Below are positions 31,966 to 44,220 of a stretch of 64,000 nt of DNA, piece by piece. Each line of letters starts with the position of its first letter. Position 1 is the first letter of the stretch. The notes under the pieces are model-generated. The model was not told the origin of the DNA and did no database searches. It was given only the letters and a program-made list of their open reading frames with translations. Location of the stretch: assembly GCA_043228905.1 (NCBI GenBank), contig JBHGNT010000001.1, forward strand, positions 20,770,001-20,834,000, given 5' to 3'. The DNA is from Azolla caroliniana. Taxonomy: Eukaryota > Plantae > Polypodiophyta. A program made the position numbers and the translations under genes.

Positions 31966-34900
31966 AGAGCGACGGAGAAGCCAAACAAAGTCTCCTACCT
32001 CCAATTGGGGAGCATCTAAGTGATGACGGTCAGCTTGCTCCTTGTAGTGTCCGCCAGCGAGGGTGAGCTCGAAGGAAAGATAGTGATGTACATCCTCCAA
32101 GAGACGCGCCCGGTCTTCCACAAAAGGATTGACAGAGTCAAACGGAAGCGAAATGGTGAAGCGGGGGTGGAAACCATAGTTGGCGAAAAATGGAGTAACT
32201 CTCGTAGATACATGTAGAGAGTTGTTGTAGGCGAACTCGGCAAGTGGGAGAAGGTCAACCCAGTTGTCTTGTTGGTAACTAAGAGAGCACCGCAAGTATT
32301 GTTCCAAGATTTGGTTAACCCGCTCCGTTTGTCCATCGGTTTGCGGATGATAAGCGGAAGATAGATTCACAATACAACCGAAGGTTTGCAGAAGGCGCCG
32401 ACAGAAATTGGAAACAAATTGTGGTCCTCAATCAGAAGTGATATCGTTTAGGAGTCCGTGTAGTCGAACCACATTTTTGAAAAACAAATCGGTTGTCTCC
32501 TCTCTGGTAATGGTTTTTGCACATGGAGCAAAATGAGTCATCTTGGTGAAGCGATCAACCATGACGAATACCGAGTCATAACCACCAACAAAGGGAAGGT
32601 CAGTGATGAAATCCATGGAAAGAGAGGCCCAAGGCCGTTTGGGGATTGGGAGAGGGTGAAGGAGACCATATGGTCGATGATGAGATGCTTTAGAGTGAGC
32701 ACAAACGTCACGTGACTTTATGAACTCTTTGACCAATTTCCATGGTTGTGGCCACCAGTATCCCCGAGATATCAACTCCAAGGTTTTCGCAACGCCAAAA
32801 TGACCAACAAGTGGATCATCGTGACACTCGTGGAACACCCTTGTCCGACTAGGACCTTCTAGGAGATACAAAAGATTATCTCGAAACAAAAGATTATCCT
32901 GAATTGTAAAATGAGCTAAATTAGGTCTTTTGGGTTCATGGGAGGGGTTTGTGATACTTGCCTTGACCTTTGTGGCGAACTTGTCAGTCGTAGTGGCTTC
33001 TACTATTTGCTTGAGCAAAGAGTCATCCCAGAGCAAGCAAGTCACGAAGTTGTAGAATTGGTTAGGCTTTAACAAACTCGGGGACTGCTGAACATAGGCT
33101 TCATCCTCCGGAGTGAGCTCGAACTCAGACCGACGGGATAAGACATCGGTCTTCGTGTGTTGAGCGCCGGGTCGAAAGATTATCTCAAAATCATAGTCCG
33201 CCAAAAAGTTCGACCATCGCGCCTATCTACGATTTAAGGTTCGTGTGGTAGAAAAGTATATTAGATTTTTGTGATCGGTAATCACTTGGATACAATGTTG
33301 TGCCCCAGCTAAATAAGGTCTCCATTCTTCAAAAGCAACAATAATAGCGAGAAGCTCCTTGTCGTATATGGGGTAGTTGATTTCTGGGGCCGTGAATTTG
33401 CGGGAGTAGTAAGCCATCGGGTGAAGCACACTGACCTCATTTGGTTGGGAGAGGATCGCCCCAATGGCGAAATCTGAAGCATCCGTTTCAACTTGGAAAG
33501 GCTTAGTTGGGTCAGGATGTAAAAGGACTTGTTCCATAGTAAAGTCTTGTTTCAGCAAGTCGTGCGCCTTTTGGGCAGTTGTTGTCCATTTGAAAGTAGC
33601 ATCCTTGCGTGTAAGAGCAATGAGAGGTTGTGCGATCACTGAGAATCCTTTGATGAAGCGGCGATAAAAATTGGCAAAACCAAGGAATGATTGCACATCT
33701 CGTACCCGAGTTGGGACAACCCACTCTTGGATAATCTTAACTTTCCGTGTGTCCATGGTGATTCCCTGTGTCGAAATGGCATACCCAAGAAACTCTACAG
33801 AAGTACAATCAAATTCACATTTTTCACTTTTAGCATAGAGTCCGTGCTCGCGAAGTTTGGCGAGGACTAACCTGACATGTCGAGTATGCTCCTTGATGTT
33901 CGAAGAGAAGACCAAGATATCATCTAGATAGATCACAACAAAGTGATCTAGATATTCTCGGAATATGTCATTCATCATATGCTGAAATACTGCATGAGCA
34001 TTAGTGAGGCTGAAAGGCATTACCTTATACTTGAAATGTCCGTAGCGCGTTCTAAATGTCGTTTTTCCATTCATCTCTAGGTTTGATCCGTACCAAATTG
34101 TATGCTCCCCGTAGGTCAATCTTGGAGAAGATCTTCCTAGTCCGGAGTCGATCCAATAGCTCTGGGATGAGAAACAGTGGGTAGCGGTTGCAAACAATAA
34201 TCTTGTTTAGACCTCGATAGTCGACACAAAGGCATAAGGATCCATCTTTCTTTTACACGGAGTGATTTTGAGGGTTCAATAAAACCCTTTTCAAGGTTCT
34301 CGTCGAGATACATTCGGAGTGCTTGGAGTTCTGGTTCCGACAACCCATAAATTGGGCCAAAGGAAGAACTGGCACCTTCTTGCATATCAATCGAACAGTC
34401 GTAGTGTCGATGCTCAAGCAAGTGATCAACATTCTTTTTCTCAAATACGTCCTTGACGTCTTCATACTTGGACGGTAGTGAGTCAGTAGTTGTCCTCATT
34501 GGATTGCTCGACGAGGCACTATGCAATATTTTCCTTGTTGTGACTGGGATGTGAACATCCGCCTTGGAGCTGATTCCTGCATTAATGGGAGGGTGAGCAC
34601 CTGCAACAACATGAGATATTGTTTGCACCTCCGAGCTAGTTTGGGAGAAAGTAATCGAGTGATTGCGTCAATCAACAAGTGGATTCTCTGCCTTCAGCCA
34701 AGACAAACCGACGATGACCGGATGTTGCGGTGAAGTGATAACATAAAATGTTAAGGCCTCCTGGTGGTCCCCGAGCTGTAAGATAAGTGGGACAATGGCT
34801 TCGGTGACTGCTCCCGAAGAAAGCATGCGTCCATCGATAGCTTCCACTGGGATTGGCTTGGACAATCGGACAACTGGGAATTTGTGTTTACGAACGAACC

Positions 34901-35985
34901 TTTCCTCCATAAAACACGTTGTTGCCCTAGAATCTAATTGAAATCAACTTGAAATGGATGCTTACCAGAAAGGAGAATCCTTCTGTCAATGTAGCCGAAC
35001 TATGGGAGTGACACGAATGCGGATTGTCCAACCACATGGCTCCTACTGTAGTTCGACACCATGGTTTTCTCCTTTGTTGGGGCCATCTTGTCGTATTGTT
35101 TGTAGATATTTCTCGTTGATTATTCTTGATTGGGCAAAAACGAATGAGATGGGCGCGAGCTTGATCAATTTACATCAGCACGGGGTTATCGTACGATGAC
35201 GATGGAGAAGATCTCGAAGAGGGTTTCCACCTTGAAGTTGCTTGTTCCTCTTGACGAAGCTCAAATAATTGATTGTCACAACTAACTGCTTGCGTGATGG
35301 CTTGCAACAATGACGTAGGCTCCAGAAAGTTGAGTAATAAATTTTTAATCTCGCTTCGAAGGCCCCGACGAAAATGGTCGCAGAGAGCGTGGCCATCTCA
35401 CTGAACATCACATGCTAATTGTCTAAATTCAGAGGCATAAATGGATACGGGACGCATATCTTGATGTAATGAATAGAGTTTCTTGATAGCAGTATGGCGT
35501 CGGTCCGTATCCCCAAATGTTGCCACAAACTCTGCCAAAAAGGCAGGAAAGTTTTGTAGAAGTGGTGATGAAGTTTCGACCAACGATGCAAAACAGACTT
35601 GTGCAGCTCCGGACAGAAGGGTCCTGATGAGACCAACTTGATGAAAATCATCCGCATACCGTTGAGGCTGTAGGTGGATAATAAGCTTCATCTGATTTAT
35701 GAACCCTTAGAAGTGCTTCCTCATGCCATCGAACTTGTTAGGTAAACTAATATTGGGCGCCAAACTTGTACTGGGATGGGAAGGAGTCAGAGAAAGCATA
35801 GACGAGGAACCAAGCTCTATAGGTAGAACATTTGTTGATGTAGGAGGAGAGTTGTTTTTTTCTTCGAGTTCCATCGATGTTCCAACTTGAAGCTTCCATA
35901 ACGATTCCCGAAGGTTGTCATTGTCAAGGTGAAGTTGATGCATGGCTTCCATGAGGTGATTTATTCTCTCGGTAAGATCCGACAT
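31966..35985 (-). pseudogene. gag-pol of the Tf1/Tcn1-like element
   Basis: Series of minus-strand ORF fragments in gag-PR-RT-RH-IN order with stops and frameshifts. Confidence 0.9.
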
Positions 35986-36412
35986 GTTGAGCCTTAGAAA
36001 ATGGGAAGGTGAAGAAACTGTCACGAACGGATGGAATGAGGCTAAGTACTAAGAGAAAGCGAGAGCATAAGCAAGATCACAAGATTGTCAAGGACAAGTA
36101 GACGAGGCTCAATATTAAGAGATAGCGGGAGAGAGAGCATAGACAAGAGAACAAGCAAGAGAGAGGATAGACAAATAAACAAGAATTGTACATGCTTTCG
36201 TAACTGGTGTTGTTCACCTTGATTGTAATCAAGGTGCACCCCAATATATATACCAGAATGTGGAGGTATGCATGAAAGCTAGAAGACTTCTAGAGAGTGC
36301 ATGGAAACTTCTAGAGAGTGCATGAAGATGCATTCTCTAGAAGGTTCTTGAAAGTTCTAGTGATCAATCTATAATGAAATAAGTTGAGTTTTACACAATA
36401 CAATAATGCATA

Positions 36413-36484
36413 GATGGATGTAGCTCAATTGGTAAGGTTGCCCAATAAGACTAGAAGGTCATGGGTTCAGCCCCCACCAATCCA
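36413..36484 (+). ncRNA. tRNA-derived Pol III promoter-like sequence inside LTR
   Basis: A box TAGCTCAATTGG (36421-36432), AGGTC variable loop, T-arm TGGG-TTCAGCC-CCCA, GGAT/ATCC ends, ~72 nt. Confidence 0.7.
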
Positions 36485-37763
36485 TGTGGCATCTTGTCTA
36501 TAACACCATATACAAAGCACAAATTGTCGTGAAAGGTTTCCAGGAGAACAAGGGTGTGCATTTCGACAAAATATTTGCCCTGGTGGTTAAGATGATGTTA
36601 ATCCGAACAATGTTGAGCATTGCAGCCAGCCTAGATCTCAAAGTCAAGACGACGTTTCTGCACGGAGATCTATATGCACCAGTCGAAAGGATTCATAAAG
36701 AAAGGTAAAGAAAATCTGGTATGCCGATTGAGAAAGAGCTTGTATGGGCTAAAGCAGACACCTCAACAATGGTACCAAAAATTCGAACCCTTCATGACCG
36801 ACAATGGGTACCACAAAATGAAGGCCGATCACTGCATGCTTGTGAAGAAATTCGATGAGGGAGGTTTCCGCATCCTCCTATTTTCCGTGAACAACATGTT
36901 GATTGTAGGACGGGACCATACGAAGATCCGAGTGCTGAAGAAGGCCTTGAGCAGATTGTTATCGATGAAGAATATGGGTCCGGTAAAGCAAATCCTGGGG
37001 ATGTGCATTGTTCAGGATCAAACAAAGAAATTATTGTGGTTGTCATAGGAGAAATACGTGACAAAGGTGCTCCAGAGATTTGACATGAAAAGCGCGAAAC
37101 CGGTCGACTCGACAATGTCGACGAACTGCGATGGTATGTACCAAGACGAACATAGGATACACAGTCGGAGTGGTCAGCCGATATATGAGAAATCCCGATA
37201 GAGAGCATTGGGATGCTGTGAAGTGGATACTTCGGTACCCGAGAGGCACTTCGATTCGGCTCAGATAACCCCACATTGGAAGGTTACACGAATTCAGACA
37301 TGTCGGCTAATGCAGATACCAGCCGATCCACGTCTGGATACATGATGACTTACGCAAGGCGGAGCTGTTTCGTGGAAGTCAAAGTTGTAGAAGGACGTGG
37401 CGTTGTCAACCACGAAAGCCGAGTATATGGCCGCAGGGAAAGCCGTCAAGGAAATAACATGGATGAAGGAATTTATAGGTGAGTTGGGAATTCGGCAGGA
37501 AGAATTTCGACTCTACTGCGATAATCAGAGTATCATCCATCTTGCCAAGAATGTCGCCTACCACTCAAGGTCCAAGCACATCCAAAGGAGATACCATTGG
37601 CTCCGAGAGGAAGTAGAAGAGAAGGACTTTGCTCTGATGAAGATTCACACGGTTGAGAATGGATCGTATATGCTGTCGAAGGTGTTGTCAGCCGAAAAGC
37701 TAAACGCATGCCGAAAGAGAGTCGGTTTGGTGAACTGTCCCACACTGGAGTGAAGGTGGAGTT

Positions 37764-38325
37764 TGTTGGGAACATGTCCCTCCGGATGGGAAGAGAAGAG
37801 CCGAGTTGATGAGTAACTCGGCCGAGGCCGAAGTCGAGGATATAGCCAACTGGGAGACTATATTTGTAAATAGTCGAAATGTGCCCCACGTAGGCTATGT
37901 ATGTAAATAGCCATAAAGTTGTATAAGTATAAATACAACTAAGGAAAACTTTAGTAGTGTAGTAGATCATTGTCGTATCATTGGGTTGTGAGTTACAAGA
38001 AGGTCTTTGCCTCTATAACTGTGTAAGACAGAGAGAGAGTGTGTAAGATGAGAGTGAGTGTAACTTTGTAGCCGTCTGTCAAACGAAGGTGAACTCGAGG
38101 TCATTGCCTCCGAGTTTCTCATTGTACTTCTCCTCTACCATAGTGATATGTTTTGGGGTTTGTGAACTCCACGTAGTTTTTCCCAATTTGGGTTTCGACG
38201 TTAAATCTTGTGTCCCTGTTTCTAGTTGTATTTCTGTCGTTTTTCAGTCCGTGCACATTCATCTTGATTTTTGCACCCGACTATACGAACGAACTGCGGG
38301 TTCTGGCCGGTCACGATTGTCAACA
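37764..38325 (+). repeat. 3' LTR of the copia element 11797-38325
   Basis: TGTTGGG after PPT; ends GTCAACA; similar to other copia LTRs in the window. Confidence 0.8.
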
Positions 38326-41300
38326 ATGGGTTGTGGCTTGTTCTGACTTCATTGGACTCAGCTCCCTTTTTCTTCTTCTTGTCTCCCCTTATCTCTCCAG
38401 CTCTTTGTCCGGTTCCATCACCTGTTTTCCCAGTTTCCGTTCCGGTTCTCCCCCTCAAGTGCGGCATGTCAAGATGCTGAAGACCAAGCATCTTGTAAAA
38501 ATGTTGCAACTTGTCGGTTCTGAGGGCCTTGGTGAACATGTTGGCAATATGTTGATCCGTCTGGACATACCGGAGTTCTACTTCATCACTGAGGACCTGC
38601 TTGTACACAAAGTGATAATGCACTTCTATGTGCTTCGTTTGAGCATGGAACGCAAGGTTCTTGGCGAGCTGCATTCTGCGCATGTTGTCGCAATAGATCA
38701 GGATCGGAGTCGGGACTTCGATCTGGAGGTCTTCCAGCAGCCGCCGAAGCCAGATGGTTTCACAGGTGGCAATAATAGCGCCCCGATATTTGGCCTCAGT
38801 GCTCGACAAAGCCATTGTTGGCGGCTTTTTGCTGCTCCACACAACAATTGTGCTACCTAGAGAGAACGTGAATTTTGAAGTGGATCGTCGATCTGACACA
38901 TCTCCGGCCCATTTGGCATCTGTGTATCCGACTAGCTTTTTGGTCAGTATAACAGTCCCTTGTCCTTAGAGCCGCTAACATACTAGAGTATCTAGTGTGT
39001 GCACTAAAGGTGCTCCACGGTCGGTTTCTACATGAATTGGCTAATCACTCTGATACGATATCTGATGTCGGGTCGGGTGATAGTTAAGTAGATAAGGCAT
39101 CCGACAATTTGTTGGTACCATTTCTCGTTGCAAGCCAGTCCGGAGTGGGGACATAGCTTCAGGTGCCGGTCCAGGGATGTGGAGATCGGTCGGCAATCCG
39201 TCATGCCGAACTTGTACATCATATTCAACACATAGTGTCGTTGTGAGAGCAATATGTCGTCGGGGGTGTGGATCACTTCGATCCCGAGGAAGAAATGAAG
39301 GTTCCACGGGTCCTTCATTTTGAATGCATCCGACAGTTGGGACTTCACTTGGCCGATTTCAGCAAGTCTGGGTCTGCTGATGACTAGATTATCTACATAT
39401 AATAGGATAGATACCAGACCATCCAGACCATTCCGGATGAACAGTGAAGAATCCGACTTCAAGGCCACAAACCCCATCTTACACAATTGGTGTGATCTTC
39501 GAATTCCAAGCATGGGGGGCTTGCTTCAAGCCGTAAAGGGACTTTTGAGTCGGCACTCTACCGACTTGTTCATCTCCGACTGAAATCCGGGGGGCTAGAT
39601 CATGTAGACCTATTCTTCAAGGTTTCCTTGAAGAAACGCATTCTTCACATCCATTTGATGAAGATGTCACCCCCCTTGCCGCAACAACTGCTAGCACCAC
39701 ATGAACCGTCATCATCTTTGTTACTAGAGCAAAGGTCTCGCCGTAATCGATTACGTGCATCTGCGCATCTGCGCGTTGTCGTGTCGTTTTTCACACATGA
39801 TATGAAAACTATGCAGAAAAATAATGAAATAATTATTTTAGATTAGATTAGTAGCTTGTTATAGAGAGATGGATGTACTCAAGAGCTTTAAAACGTATTT
39901 CACTCCATACAAAATGGAAGTTATGAGGACACGAAGCTTGGGAAGATAGGGAAAATAGAATTTTGAAGTATCCCACATAGAGAGAAAACTTACGGCCCTA
40001 GCTATATAAGCACATTGAGATCCCTCTTTTTTTATTTGTGCTAAGAGCACTTTGGCCACTTTGTCTAGAAGGATGAATGTGGCCAAGTTCCCAAAAACCG
40101 ACTGGCAATAAAATGGAAGGATAAATGTGGCCAAGTTCCCAAAACTAACTGGCAATAAAATGGAACCGGCCGGTAAACAAATCGGAACCGGCCGGTAAGC
40201 AATCCGGAACCGGTCGGGAAGCAAACAGGAGCCGACCGGTAAGCAAATCGGAACCGGCGAAATCGGCAATCGAATGGTGTCGGAAATCGGGCGGATCCGA
40301 GAACCGGCGACCGGACGAGGCTGGATGCGAACCGGACGGATTGGATGGGCGGCGATCGAGATGGACAGATGATAGGATCATGTGGCTAATTAAAGTAAAG
40401 TAAAGAAAACTAAAGTAAAGGTCATGTGGACGGTTGCATGCAACTAAAAGTAGAGGCCATGCAAATAAAAGTGGGCATGCAAAGTAACATTGAAGGTTAT
40501 GATCAACGGGGAACTCCATATAAAATTCCATTTTTTTTTCCTACACTGAGGCTCTCTCCATATTTTTTATTTTCTTTTCCTTCTTAGCTCCCTTATCTTA
40601 TCGGAGCCATATCTCTCGTAAACCCTAATTTTCCCTACGGAAGCCATAACACTCAAAAACCCTAATTTTCCCTACGGAAGCCATATCTCTCGTATAACCT
40701 AATCTTATCTCTCAAAACCCCTCATTTTTCTTTTCTATTAATCTCAGTAAACCAAAAAGCTCTAAATCCCAATCTTGGGACATATTGTAATTTCTTTTCC
40801 TTTGTTAATGAAAAATATTAAATTTCTGATTTCCGTTAATTGTTAAAAATATAAGAGCACGAATGTAATATCCTCTAGTCAGAGACCCCGGGGTCTTGCC
40901 TCAAGTTTGAGTAAGTTCGTCGTATTTCCGTGACAGTGTAACCTTTGACCATTAGTCGGACCTTGTACCAGTTGACCGAACCGTCACCATTATACTTTAC
41001 CTTGTACACCCACTTGCAACTGATCGGTTTGCAATGTCGGAGAGGGTCAAGTGCCCAAATCTCTTCCTCCATAGGGGCACGCCAATGTGCATCCCTTGCC
41101 GCTTCTGCGTAGCTCTCTAGCTCACGCTCTTTCGCCACTTTCGTCATGTACGCATAGTGATGCACCATGTACTCGTTGTACCCGTACCGTTTTACAGGGT
41201 TCTTGGCCAGCGTGGACTTCTCTTCCGAAGGTCCGTCTTCAATTTGTCCGGAGTCAGATTCGCTTTGATCCGACTAGTCTCTGCCGATGTCATATTTCGG

Positions 41301-44220
41301 CATCTTCTTCTTCCCCTTTTCCTTGCGTGTGAACCATTTCCTCAATTCCTTGTGCGGGGAAAGCACAGTTGAGTTTCCACTGCTCGTCGAGTCTTCATCT
41401 GACTGATCGTTCCGACTCAGTCGCTCATTTGGCCCACTTAGCCGGAATGAGAACGGACTCTCTTCCACATTACCAAGGTCTTCCTCATCTTCTGCCCATA
41501 TCAATTCAGCCTCGCTAGCCTCATCTTCCGGAATTGGGTCGGAGTCAGGAATCGACCGGTTCTCCTCAAGAATTTCCCTTGTTGCATCGACAATCGACCG
41601 GTTCTTTCTCTCGGCCACACCGTTTTGTTCTAGTGTGTATCTGCAGTTGAATTCTCTCCGAACTCCTTTCTGTTGCAGATAACTGTTGAATTGGCCGGAA
41701 AGATATTCTTTTCCACCATCTGACCGTAGGCACTTAATCTTCCTCTCCATTTCCCGTTCAACAAGATTTTGTAGGTTCCAGAAACAGTCAAAGACTTTGC
41801 TTTTCTTCTCAATGAGGTAGATCCACGTGTGTCGGTCGTAGTTGTCGATGAAAGAGACAAAATATCGGTTCCCCCCAAGACTAACGTTTTATGTTGTGAT
41901 GGTCCCAATACATCCGAATGTATTAGATCGAGCTTGTTACGGCTCCGATTTCTTTCCATGGGGAAGGGAATTCGGTGTTGCTTCCCAAGTTTGCATGGTT
42001 CACATATTTGGGTCTTCCAGCCACTGAATGTGGGCAATCCGAAAACAACTTGTTTTGATTGCAAGTCTTGAAGCCTCTGGTAGTTGACATGGCCAATCTA
42101 CTTGTGCTAGAGATTGATGTCCAATTCGATCTTCTACCCTTTGGTAAACAATGAGGTGCCTACATCACCAGCGTCGAGGATACACATCCTCCCATCCATG
42201 CGCCCTTGCACGATCATCTAGCCTTCTTCCTTAATGAAACACCCGAGGTGCGTAAATCGCACTTGCATTCCCTGGTTGACGATCTGCCTGACCGACACTA
42301 GGTTCTTTGTGATTGTCGAAACATGTAATACGTTCATCAGCTTTCCCTTTTGTCCGACATGGCTTAAGGGTACTTCTCTGACATGCACAATCGGGTGAGG
42401 AGTGTCGTCTCCGGTCTCGACAACTCCCGGTTGTTTCAGTTTTTCTAGAAAGGAGAACCACTCTTCGTGCCTCGTCATATGGTTAGACGCTCTAGTATCA
42501 GCATACCACACTTCCTCCAATTTGGAAGTGGTCTTCTTCATCGAGTTAGCCTTGTGCTTCATCACAAAGGCTGGCCCCTTTCCGATCTTCCTGGTTCCGA
42601 GATTTCCCTTTTGTACGACATGGCTTAAGGGTACTTCTCCGACATGCACAATCGGGTGAGGAGTGTCGTCTTCGGTCTCGACAACTCCCAGTTGTTTCAG
42701 TTTTTCTAGAAAGGAGAACCACTCTTCGTGCCTCGTCATATGGTTAGACGCTCTGGTATCAACATACCACACTTCCTCCAATTTGGAAGTGGTCTTCTTC
42801 ATCGAGTTAGCCTTGTGCTTCATCACAAAGGCTGGCCCCTTTCCAATCTTCCTGGTTCCGAATCCTTCCGATCCTTTTGGGCAGTATGACCTTTGTTGGT
42901 TCCCTTGTCCAGCCTTGCCGGGTTCGGATTTATCTGAATCGGCGCACTTCTTACAGCACTCGCTTTCTCAGTGGCCTTTCTTGCCACAATACGAGCATTC
43001 CGTATCGGCTTTCGATTGTCAGTTTCCGGCACCGTTTTGACTCCCCCTGCTCGTGGAGGGTCCAGAACTACCGTCGGCACTATCTTTGTGCCTCTGATTC
43101 TGCTCTTGTCAGAAGCCGCTCTTGTGTGCCGACCCACCTCATCCTCCATGCCCGCGGGGCTGATCCGTCTCAATGTACAGCATCCGGCTATCTGATTGAG
43201 TGGTCTTTGACCCACTCGTGTGGTTTTCTTCAACCATCAATATTGATTGCAGGTCAAAGAAGGACGGTGGTTTCTCCCGGGTGAGGATAGTGGTTCGGAT
43301 GGGCCCGTACCTTTGAGCCAGACCATCGAGGCAAATTTGCACCATTTTGCCCTTGCTATCGTGATGTCAATGGACCCTAATGCGTCACAAATCTCCTTTA
43401 TCTTCGTGGTGTAGTTTGAAACTAACATATCCTTTTGTCGAACATTGTTTAGTTCTTGCCGTAGTTGTAGCTTCCAGGCTGAGGTACTTGCGACGAAAAT
43501 CTTTTTCAGATTGCTCCTTTTTCAGATTGCGTCGATCATCTGGTTGTGCACGGAGGACACAAGGCAATACAGAACTATCCTTGCTCCTTGTTCCCATGCC
43601 GGGAACTCCTTTTGTGACGACTCCGATGACATTTCATTCGCACCCTCAACATAACTCCAATTATCCATGTCCGAGCAGATATTGGTGCATCTTGTATGAC
43701 CAAGATGCATAGTTGTGTCTATCAAGCTTCTCCATTGGAAGAGAGCTTTCCATACCTCTATCCATCTTTCGCTCTTTACCGGATGTTAGGGTTTGTCTTG
43801 AGTAATCGCTCGTCGATTGTAGAGGTTCTCAACCCTTGCGCTCTGATACCATGTAAAGAATAGCATGCGGAAGCTTGTAGACAAACAGGCTCAACCGAAT
43901 TACAACAATAAAACAGAGAATGAAAGTTTAATGGAAGCTTAAGGACAGTGAATACACAGGAGAGACAGAGAGAGCAAAAAGCAAAAACTCAATTCAAAAT
44001 AATAACACTCTGAAAGGACTGACAAAAGTATTGACAAGTACTTCAATGCTCATATGAGTGACTGACACTAACTCCAAGAAATCTGCCTATGTACTAGGCT
44101 AGATTTGTAGGCCTCTAACGGCCTACCGGCTACAATCCGATCCAACTACTAGGTTCGGATACTGATCCGGCTCTGGCTAATTCAACCAATCCGGATCCGG
44201 TTGAGCTTGTCCGCTCAACA
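38326..44220 (-). mobile_element. Degenerate Ty1/copia element (second family); 5' LTR 43852-44220, 3' end cut by another copia
   Basis: PBS GCTCTGATACCA 43840-43851; gag, CSYCGKKGH knuckle, duplicated protease region, deleted integrase, RT, RNase H; similar to 55294-61015. Confidence 0.9.
39777..40935 (+). mobile_element. Solo LTR of the Trp-primed gypsy family
   Basis: TGTCGTG...CGTGACA; clearly similar to LTR 29523-31712; flanks GCGT/GTGT (4-bp TSD with one CpG transition) inside copia RT (KGY|AQ). Confidence 0.88.

Larger units (their letters stand above)
31901..36505 (-). mobile_element. Degenerate chromovirus-type Ty3/gypsy element (Tf1/sushi/Tcn1-like); 5' LTR 36019-36505, only ~65 bp of 3' LTR left (31901-31965)
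   Basis: TGTCACGAAC..GATCACAAGA shared by 31901 and 36019; inserted in copia RT (PPR|YKA); gag PNKFDG, RT VVIYLDDILVFS, RH VETDASDFAIGAILSQ, IN SMDFITDLP and AYHPQTDGQTERVN; chromodomain region deleted. Confidence 0.9.
11797..38325 (+). mobile_element. 5'-truncated degenerate Ty1/copia element in three pieces (11797-12022, 31713-31900, 36506-38325) split by two gypsy insertions
   Basis: Integrase tail (VSYRHLRVFGC..KLDPKSRPCIFLGY), then PESFEE/RT start, RT-RNase H remnants, PPT 37751-37763, 3' LTR 37764-38325; pieces are colinear with the intact element at 18469. Confidence 0.85.
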
